Shown here: one piece after another, positions 14,929 to 21,185 of the stretch
Layout of the letters: each line of letters opens with the position of its first letter
Numbering within the stretch: position 1 is the first letter of the stretch
DNA from: Candidatus Heimdallarchaeota archaeon
GTDB lineage: Archaea > Asgardarchaeota > Heimdallarchaeia > JABLTI01
Length of the DNA stretch: 21,185 bases
NCBI GenBank assembly: GCA_030614005.1
Contig: JAUWKS010000055.1
Span: 1-21,185 of the forward strand
Reading direction: 5' to 3'
Made by a program: the position numbers and the translations under genes
Notes under the pieces: generated by a model
What the model saw: only the letters and a program-made list of their open reading frames with translations
What the model was told of the DNA's origin: nothing
Databases searched by the model: none

Positions 14929-16755
14929 TCAAACAATACGACCAAATTCCTTCTCTAAATCCTTTTCAGTTATGCGTATAATTGTTGGTCGCCCATGTGG
15001 ACAAGTGAATGGTTGCTTGCAAGCACTTAATTGTTCCAAAATTGCTATTGTTTTCTCAATAGATACGGGATCTCCACTCCTTACGACCGAATGACATGCC
15101 ATTGTTTTAAGTATGAGGTCCAATCGTTCATTAACATCAGGGATATTTGCGACATCTTTTCTCATTTCATCAATTAGATTTTTGATATCCTCTGTGGTTT
15201 TAAGCAAATCCATTACAACAGGCAACCGACGAATGATGAATGTGTTTCCTCCAAAGTGCTCTAAATTAATTCCAACTTTTTCTAATTGAGGAATATTTTC
15301 TTCCAAAAATAATCGTTCTTCTGTGGATAGGTTAAAGGCTATAGGTTGCAAGAGTTCCTGAGTAACAAAATTTGCATTATGATATAATTCAAGTAAATGT
15401 TCATACATAATTCTTTCATGAGTAGCATGGATATCTACTACTGCTATACCTTCGCTAGATTCACACAAAATATAGAGGAGATGTGCTTGCCCTAATGGTC
15501 GTATCCAAAAAGTATCTGATAAAGCAACGGCAGTAGGAGAAATGACAAGTGCGCTTGTTTCGTTTAAAACTGAAGAACTCTCATCAAACCTTAATTTTGT
15601 ATCTACACTGCTTATCGGTTTCAATAGTGCTGAAGATTTCCCATTTGATTGAGGAGTAATTGTTGTATCACTAACTGTGCCATCCAATCTAGTTTGGGCA
15701 CTTGCAGCAACACTTGAAGAGCTTTTTAGTAATCCTTTACTTTCACGCCATAGTTCATTGTTTTCTAAAGTGTGAGTTATTGCTTCTTGTACAATATCAT
15801 ATATTTCTCTACTTTCACTAAATCTGACTTCACGTTTAGTAGGATGGATATTTACATCTACTTTTGAGCTTTCGATGTTGATATTTAATAATGTAACAGG
15901 ATAGCGATGTTTCATCAAGAGTGTTTTGTATGCTTCTTCTATTGCTTCAGAAATAGTTTTGCTACGAATATATCGCTTGTTTACATAGAGCATTTCATGA
16001 TCTCGAGATGCTCGAGAGAGACTCGGTGCAGAAGTAAAACCAGTGATTTGAATGCCATCTTTTTCGAAATTTACCGGGAGCATCTGTTTTGCGAAATCTG
16101 CCCCAAATATTGATATGAAAGGTTCTATTGGATTTGAACTTCTGGGGCTATTAAGTAAAGTTGCTTTATTATGTTGTAATTTAAAGTGAATTTCCGGATG
16201 AATTAATGCTTGCCGATTAGCTATTTCCATTATGTGACCTAATTCTGTTGTAGGTGTTTTCATGAATTTCTTTCTAGCAGGAACATTGTAGAATAAATTC
16301 CTTATAATAATAGATGTACCAACTGAGCATTCCCGTTCTTCAATGAGTTCTAGATTTCCACCTTTTATTCGAACAATTGTTCCAGTGAGAGCGTTTTCTT
16401 CTCGAGTAATTATTTCCATCATTGAAACAGAAGCAATGCTTGCCAAAGCTTCCCCACGGAACCCTAATGAGGCGATACTATCTAAATCCTCAATTGCTTT
16501 TAGCTTACTTGTTGTATGTGATTTCCAAGCTAAAGCAGCATCCTGAGAATTCATTCCAATACCATTATCAATCACCCGTATCAGATCTAATCCATATCCC
16601 TCAATGAATATGGAAATCTCTGTAGCTTGAGCATCAATAGAATTTTCTACTAACTCTTTTACTACTGAGGCAGGACGCTCTACTACTTCTCCTGCAGCAA
16701 TTTTATTGATTGTTTTTTGATCTAATTGAACGATGATTCTCTTTTTTTTACTCAC
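14929..16755 (-). CDS. mutL: DNA mismatch repair endonuclease MutL
   Basis: NKIAAGEVVERPASVVKELVENSIDA, DNGIG, TSK, GFRGEAL, DVNIHPTKREV; C-terminal DIHATHERIMYE, ACH and CPHGRP. Confidence 0.97.
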   Translation of the reverse strand: MSKKKRIIVQLDQKTINKIAAGEVVERPASVVKELVENSIDAQATEISIFIEGYGLDLIRVIDNGIGMNSQDAALAWKSHTTSKLKAIEDLDSIASLGFRGEALASIASVSMMEIITREENALTGTIVRIKGGNLELIEERECSVGTSIIIRNLFYNVPARKKFMKTPTTELGHIMEIANRQALIHPEIHFKLQHNKATLLNSPRSSNPIEPFISIFGADFAKQMLPVNFEKDGIQITGFTSAPSLSRASRDHEMLYVNKRYIRSKTISEAIEEAYKTLLMKHRYPVTLLNINIESSKVDVNIHPTKREVRFSESREIYDIVQEAITHTLENNELWRESKGLLKSSSSVAASAQTRLDGTVSDTTITPQSNGKSSALLKPISSVDTKLRFDESSSVLNETSALVISPTAVALSDTFWIRPLGQAHLLYILCESSEGIAVVDIHATHERIMYEHLLELYHNANFVTQELLQPIAFNLSTEERLFLEENIPQLEKVGINLEHFGGNTFIIRRLPVVMDLLKTTEDIKNLIDEMRKDVANIPDVNERLDLILKTMACHSVVRSGDPVSIEKTIAILEQLSACKQPFTCPHGRPTIIRITEKDLEKEFGRIV

Positions 16756-16800
16756 TGCAATAGCACCAAAGTTTTCTTTTAAAATTCAATGTAAATCAGC

Positions 16801-16816
16801 ATTTAAAAACCGTTTC
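16801..16816 (-). promoter_or_regulatory. Putative BRE/TATA promoter for mutL
   Basis: Minus strand GAAACGG-TTTTTAAAT about 45 nt before GTG 16755. Confidence 0.5.
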
Positions 16817-16974
16817 TATCCAATAGCAATAATGATTAGTTTTTGCAAATGTTAATTGTAGCTGTGTGAACAAAGCTCAGATATTTATACGAAAGATGTT
16901 TAAATCTCTGCGTTATGACAAATTACCGTTTATTTTACTGAAAAAATTTAATGGCTGTTTTGGAGTAATAATTA

Positions 16975-17982
16975 ATGGCTTGGATTTATGGTTTAGCAAT
17001 ATTTCTTGGAGTGTTATCATATTCCATGCTAAATGTTGGGATGGGATTACAAAAGAAAGGAGCAGAGTCCCTTCCAAAAATCGAAAAGCAAAAGGTTTGG
17101 CAGAACTTAAAAAATTTCTTTACAAACAAAACTTGGTTATTGGGATTTTTATTAGTACAATCTCAATGGATTTTATTAACAATGGCATTAGATTTTGCCC
17201 CTATTTCAATTATTACTCCACTGATGAGCTTTGGTATGGTAGCCTTGGTCATTTTTTCGTTTTTCTATCTAAAGGAATCGATTTCTTTTGTAGAAATAAT
17301 GGGTATTATAGCAATAATAATTGGTATAGTAATTTTAGGTTTAACCAATCCCGAGGAAGAGGTTCTCTATACGCTCAATGAAACAATAGAACGGTTTTCA
17401 AGCACCTGGTCTATTGTCTTTCTAGTAATTATTTTTGTTATTTCCATCGGATTAATTCTATTATCTATTCTCAGAAAATACAAAAACGCTGATATATTAT
17501 TTGGGATTTCTGCAGGGATTACTGATGCTTTAGGAGCAATTCTTCTTAAAGCATTAATGAGCGGAGCGGATTTTCGAGATAAAACAATTGTTAATGATTC
17601 TGTTACAAATTGGGTTTGGTGGTTCTTCATGTTTACTATGATAATATTTAATGGCACTGCCACCATTTATCTACAGGTTGCTTATCAACGCGGCAAAGCA
17701 GTTATTGTTGCACCAATTTTTGGTGTGCTCGCAATGATTGTTCCTGTGTTTGCTGGAATAATTATTTTTAGTGATTGGGCAATTTTTGTTGAGCAAAATA
17801 TGATTGGAAAAATGCTTTTGAAAATAGCCGCATTTGTAATAATTATTGCTGGTGCGGTTGTTCTTTCAATAAAAAGTGCTAGAACTCAAAAGAAAGAAAA
17901 TGGAGAGAACCCACCAGAAGAATATCAACCTCTAGTGAAAGGTCTAGAAGAAATGGAATATGCTAAAAAAAGCATAGATTAG
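16975..17982 (+). CDS. DMT-superfamily transporter, NIPA (Mg2+ transporter)-like
   Basis: GMGLQKKG, W..GF, ALDFAPISIITPL, FYLKE, G.I.II.G and YQRG.AV...PIF motifs; about 9 TM helices. Confidence 0.82.
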   Translation: MAWIYGLAIFLGVLSYSMLNVGMGLQKKGAESLPKIEKQKVWQNLKNFFTNKTWLLGFLLVQSQWILLTMALDFAPISIITPLMSFGMVALVIFSFFYLKESISFVEIMGIIAIIIGIVILGLTNPEEEVLYTLNETIERFSSTWSIVFLVIIFVISIGLILLSILRKYKNADILFGISAGITDALGAILLKALMSGADFRDKTIVNDSVTNWVWWFFMFTMIIFNGTATIYLQVAYQRGKAVIVAPIFGVLAMIVPVFAGIIIFSDWAIFVEQNMIGKMLLKIAAFVIIIAGAVVLSIKSARTQKKENGENPPEEYQPLVKGLEEMEYAKKSID

Positions 17983-17989
17983 AAAACTG

Positions 17990-20689
17990 CTATTTCAAAT
18001 TTTCATGACTTCTTTTTACGCGTTCAAGAATTTGATTGAGCTTATTCATAGCTTCTAAAGGAGTGAGGTTATCTATTTCTAGCTCTTTTAGCTCTTCAAT
18101 GATTTCTTCATTAATTCTATCTTTTTCGTCACGCTGAGATTGGTTAAAGATGCTTTTTGTTAAAGCAATGTTAGTATCAGTGTTTTTAGTACCGTCGGCT
18201 ACCAATCCAAACAAATCAGTTTGAATTGAACCAAGTTTAGGTAAATCTTTTCCGAGAGCAGTTTCATCAGACCCGTTTGACTGTAATTCGAGATAGTGCA
18301 GAATTTCTTTTGCACGACTTATGACGGCGTCAGGCATACCAGAAAGTTTTGCTACTTGAATTCCATAGCTTTTATCAGTCCCACCAGGAATGATTTTATG
18401 CAAGAAAAGTATCTGGTCATCCTTTTTCTTTACTTGAACACTATAGTTCTTCACTCGTTCAAGATATTGCTCGAGATTAATTAGTTGGTGATAATGAGTT
18501 GCAAATAATGTCTTTGAGCCTAAATTCTTGGAATTGTGAATGTACTCAGCTACAGCCCAAGCGATGCTTACACCATCATAGGTTGAAGTGCCACGACCGA
18601 TTTCATCTAATATTATTAAACTGCGTTTTGTTGCATTGTTAAGAATATTAGCAGTTTCATTCATTTCAACTAAGAAAGTAGATAGACCTTTTGAAATATC
18701 ATCAGAAGCACCAATTCGAGTAAAAATCCGATCAACAACACCGATAGTTGCTTTATCAGCAGGAACGAAACAACCTATTTGAGCCATCAGAGTAATTAAT
18801 GCTACTTGCCGGATATAGGTAGATTTACCACTCATATTTGGACCGGTAATAATCAATAATTGATCCGATTTATTATTCATTTTAGAATCATTAGGAATAA
18901 ATGGTTGATCAAGAAGCATTTTTTCTACTACTGCGTGACGTCCATTTTTGATTTCAAGTTTGTATGAGTTATTTACTATCGGTCTAACATAAGCATTATT
19001 TCGAGATACTTCTGCAAAAGTAGTTAAACAATCTAACTCAGAAATTTTTTCAGCATTAATGAGAATTTTGCCAATATCATCATGAACTTTGTCACGAATT
19101 TCACCAAAGAGCTTGTATTCTAGATCACTAATTTGATCCTTAGCGGTGAGTATTTTAGCTTCATATTCTTTCAGTTCGGAAGTAAAATAACGTTTACCAT
19201 TCGTTACCTCTTGTTTTTGAACGTAATTTTTTGGGACCAAATTGAGATAATTCTTTCCAACTTGAATGTAATATCCCAGCACTCTATTATATTCGACTTT
19301 AAGTGATTTAATACCTGTTTTTGATTTTTCTTCCAACTCATATTGAATGATCCATTTGCGCCCACCTTCAGAAATTTCGCGAAGAGCATCAAGCTCTTTG
19401 TTATATGCACTTTTAATTATCCCACCTTCTTTCAAATTTGGAGAAGGAGATTCTTTAATGGCACTATCAATGAGCTTAACTAAAGGATCCAATTTATGCA
19501 GTTCTTTGATTATTCTTTTTGGTGCAGCAGTGGTCAATCTTTTCAATATTTTTAAAATCGAAGGAATAATTTTAAGAGAATTTTTTATCGAAATGATATC
19601 TCGAGCATTTGCACGCCTTAAAGAAACTAGACTAGCTAAACGCTCTAAGTCTTGGATGGACTTCATAGCTGTTCGCAAATCCTCTCGAGCAAAAGAATTA
19701 CTAACAAATTCCTCAACGGCATCTAATCGCTCATTGATTATCTTAGGTTCGAGTAAGGGTCTACGAACTGCCCGTCTAATATATCGACCACCCATTGAAG
19801 TACAACTTTTATCGAGAATCTCTACAAGAGTGCCTTTAGAAGTATTATCCCTAACATTTTTAGTTAATTCTAAACTGCGGAATGAAGCAGGGTCAATAAT
19901 CATAAACCCTTTTGTTGAGTATAAGGACAAATGATGAATGTTATCTAGTTTTGTTTTCTGGGTTTCCATAAGATAATCTAAGAGAGCACCTGCAGCAGAG
20001 ATTGCAAGAGGTTTGTCTTCGCAACCATAACCTTCAAGAGTTTTAGTATTGAAATGCTCTGTTAAAAGTTGATAGGCACTATCATAAGAAAAGCGATATG
20101 GTTCCAAATGGGAAATCATTACTCCTTCTAGACAAGTAAAAACATCTTCTGGGAAATTTCCTTTCTCAGGAACTAAACACTCGGTTGGGGAGATACGGTT
20201 TAATTCAAGAATTAGTTCATCCAAAGGAACTCCTTCGATGAAGTGAGTTACTCTGAACTCACCAGTAGAAACATCCGCCAATGCAAGTCCATAATTTTTC
20301 CCTTTCTCAAAAATTGAAATGATATAGTTATTTTCACTCGATTCTAACATAGCACTTTCAGTGAGAGTTCCGGGAGTAAGAATGCGAGTCACGCCACGTT
20401 TAACAAGACCTTTAGCTTCACTTGCATCTTCTAATTGGTCAACAATAACTACTTTATATCCATGCTTAACAAGTGTGGACATGTAACCGTCAACAGCCTT
20501 CGCTGGAACACCAGCTAGGGGTAAACCAGAACGTGCAGTAAGAGTTATACCTAAGATTTTTGCTCCTAATTTAGCGTCGTCGTCAAATAGCTCGAAAAAA
20601 TCACCTACTCGAAATAAGATAAAGCAATCTGGGTATTTACGTTTGAATTTTTGATACTGTCTGAGCATTGGTGTGGACTTTGATGACAT
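17990..20689 (-). CDS. mutS: DNA mismatch repair protein MutS (MutS-I)
   Basis: TPMLRQY, FRVGDFFELF (F-x-E mismatch sensor), GPNMSGKST, STFLVEM, DEIGRGTST, FATHYH, SYGIQVA. GAGGG SD at 20700-20696. Confidence 0.97.
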   Translation of the reverse strand: MSSKSTPMLRQYQKFKRKYPDCFILFRVGDFFELFDDDAKLGAKILGITLTARSGLPLAGVPAKAVDGYMSTLVKHGYKVVIVDQLEDASEAKGLVKRGVTRILTPGTLTESAMLESSENNYIISIFEKGKNYGLALADVSTGEFRVTHFIEGVPLDELILELNRISPTECLVPEKGNFPEDVFTCLEGVMISHLEPYRFSYDSAYQLLTEHFNTKTLEGYGCEDKPLAISAAGALLDYLMETQKTKLDNIHHLSLYSTKGFMIIDPASFRSLELTKNVRDNTSKGTLVEILDKSCTSMGGRYIRRAVRRPLLEPKIINERLDAVEEFVSNSFAREDLRTAMKSIQDLERLASLVSLRRANARDIISIKNSLKIIPSILKILKRLTTAAPKRIIKELHKLDPLVKLIDSAIKESPSPNLKEGGIIKSAYNKELDALREISEGGRKWIIQYELEEKSKTGIKSLKVEYNRVLGYYIQVGKNYLNLVPKNYVQKQEVTNGKRYFTSELKEYEAKILTAKDQISDLEYKLFGEIRDKVHDDIGKILINAEKISELDCLTTFAEVSRNNAYVRPIVNNSYKLEIKNGRHAVVEKMLLDQPFIPNDSKMNNKSDQLLIITGPNMSGKSTYIRQVALITLMAQIGCFVPADKATIGVVDRIFTRIGASDDISKGLSTFLVEMNETANILNNATKRSLIILDEIGRGTSTYDGVSIAWAVAEYIHNSKNLGSKTLFATHYHQLINLEQYLERVKNYSVQVKKKDDQILFLHKIIPGGTDKSYGIQVAKLSGMPDAVISRAKEILHYLELQSNGSDETALGKDLPKLGSIQTDLFGLVADGTKNTDTNIALTKSIFNQSQRDEKDRINEEIIEELKELEIDNLTPLEAMNKLNQILERVKRSHENLK

Positions 20690-20740
20690 CGATATCCCTC
20701 AACTAACTTTCTTCCGTTACAATCAATCATTGAAAAGGTG

Positions 20741-20755
20741 TATTAAAAAGGTTTC
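20741..20755 (-). promoter_or_regulatory. Putative BRE/TATA promoter for mutS
   Basis: Minus strand GAAACC-TTTTTAATA about 50 nt before the ATG. Confidence 0.5.
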
Positions 20756-20824
20756 AGATATTTTTATCTTGAAGAGCGTTTGAAGGGAATTATAAATAAA
20801 AAAAGAAAGGAGGTAAAAGATTTA

Positions 20825-20875
20825 ATGGATTTGTCCAAATTAAAATCTTTATCCACTTTAGTAAACTTGAAATAA
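20825..20875 (+). other. 16-codon small ORF (MDLSKLKSLSTLVNLK) behind a perfect AGGAGGT
   Basis: AGGAGGT at 20808-20814, ATG 20825, TAA 20873-20875. May be a decayed gene or non-coding. Confidence 0.25.
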
Positions 20876-20896
20876 GAGTTGAGAGAGAAATTCTGT

Positions 20897-21079
20897 ATGA
20901 GTGCTCCTGTTATCATTGTTAAATACAACCCCAAATGGCCTGATTTATTTAGGGAAGAACGAAAAAGGATTTTAGCAAAAGTAGGCGAACTTGGAATCCA
21001 AGTTGAACATATTGGTGGTACTGCAGTGCCAGGACTTGGAGCAAAACCAATAATTGATATTATGATTCTATTTCGTTAA
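20897..21079 (+). pseudogene. Truncated GrpB/UPF0157-family nucleotidyltransferase-like gene
   Basis: IVKYNPKWPDLF.EE...VEHIGGTAVPGLGAKPIIDIM is the GrpB N-terminal signature. Stops after 60 aa (family ~170 aa); the other two frames also stop within a few codons. Confidence 0.7.
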
Positions 21080-21185
21080 CTAATATTTAAATTTTCCACA
21101 GTCAAAGAAAATAAGCAAGTATCATTTTTCATAGAAATATCAATAATTTTGCATAGTGATTCTCCTACAATTCAATACCCTTTCT

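Noticed and set aside
16866-17666. 171-aa ORF 16866-17381 (+) and 99-aa ORF 17367-17666 (-)
   Set aside because: Both overlap the motif-supported NIPA/DMT gene in another frame or strand and lack recognisable features.
19347-19934. 195-aa antisense ORF inside mutS
   Set aside because: Typical antisense shadow of a conserved gene; Ser/Leu/Ile-rich with no motifs.

Overview
AT-rich archaeal chromosomal window, most likely from an Asgard archaeon (Heimdallarchaeia-like). This is an inference from BRE/TATA promoters, type II MetAP, archaeal SepF, XPD, a PCI-domain membrane protein, a PGF-CTERM-like sorting signal and a strikingly eukaryote-like primase pair. The backbone is DNA replication/repair and housekeeping: priL-priS, a convergent XPD/Rad3 helicase with an upstream PD-(D/E)xK nuclease-like gene, a CDP-alcohol phosphatidyltransferase, map, mutL and mutS split by an inverted NIPA/DMT transporter, and a large sorted surface glycoprotein. 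Standout unexplained items: (i) a 239-bp, ~46% GC non-coding element (8365-8603) folding into a symmetric rod and flanked exactly by a 7-bp direct repeat (ncRNA or MITE); (ii) PriS/PriL resembling eukaryotic p49/p58 more than classical archaeal primases; (iii) a stand-alone tandem Tudor protein; (iv) MetAP2 with a 92-aa histone-H1-like Lys tail; (v) SepF with an apparent transmembrane anchor; (vi) gene remnants at about 1.3-1.8 kb and 20.9-21.1 kb. No CRISPR array, tRNA, rRNA or transposase was seen. All family assignments come from motif recognition by eye and recalled family sequences; no searches were run.
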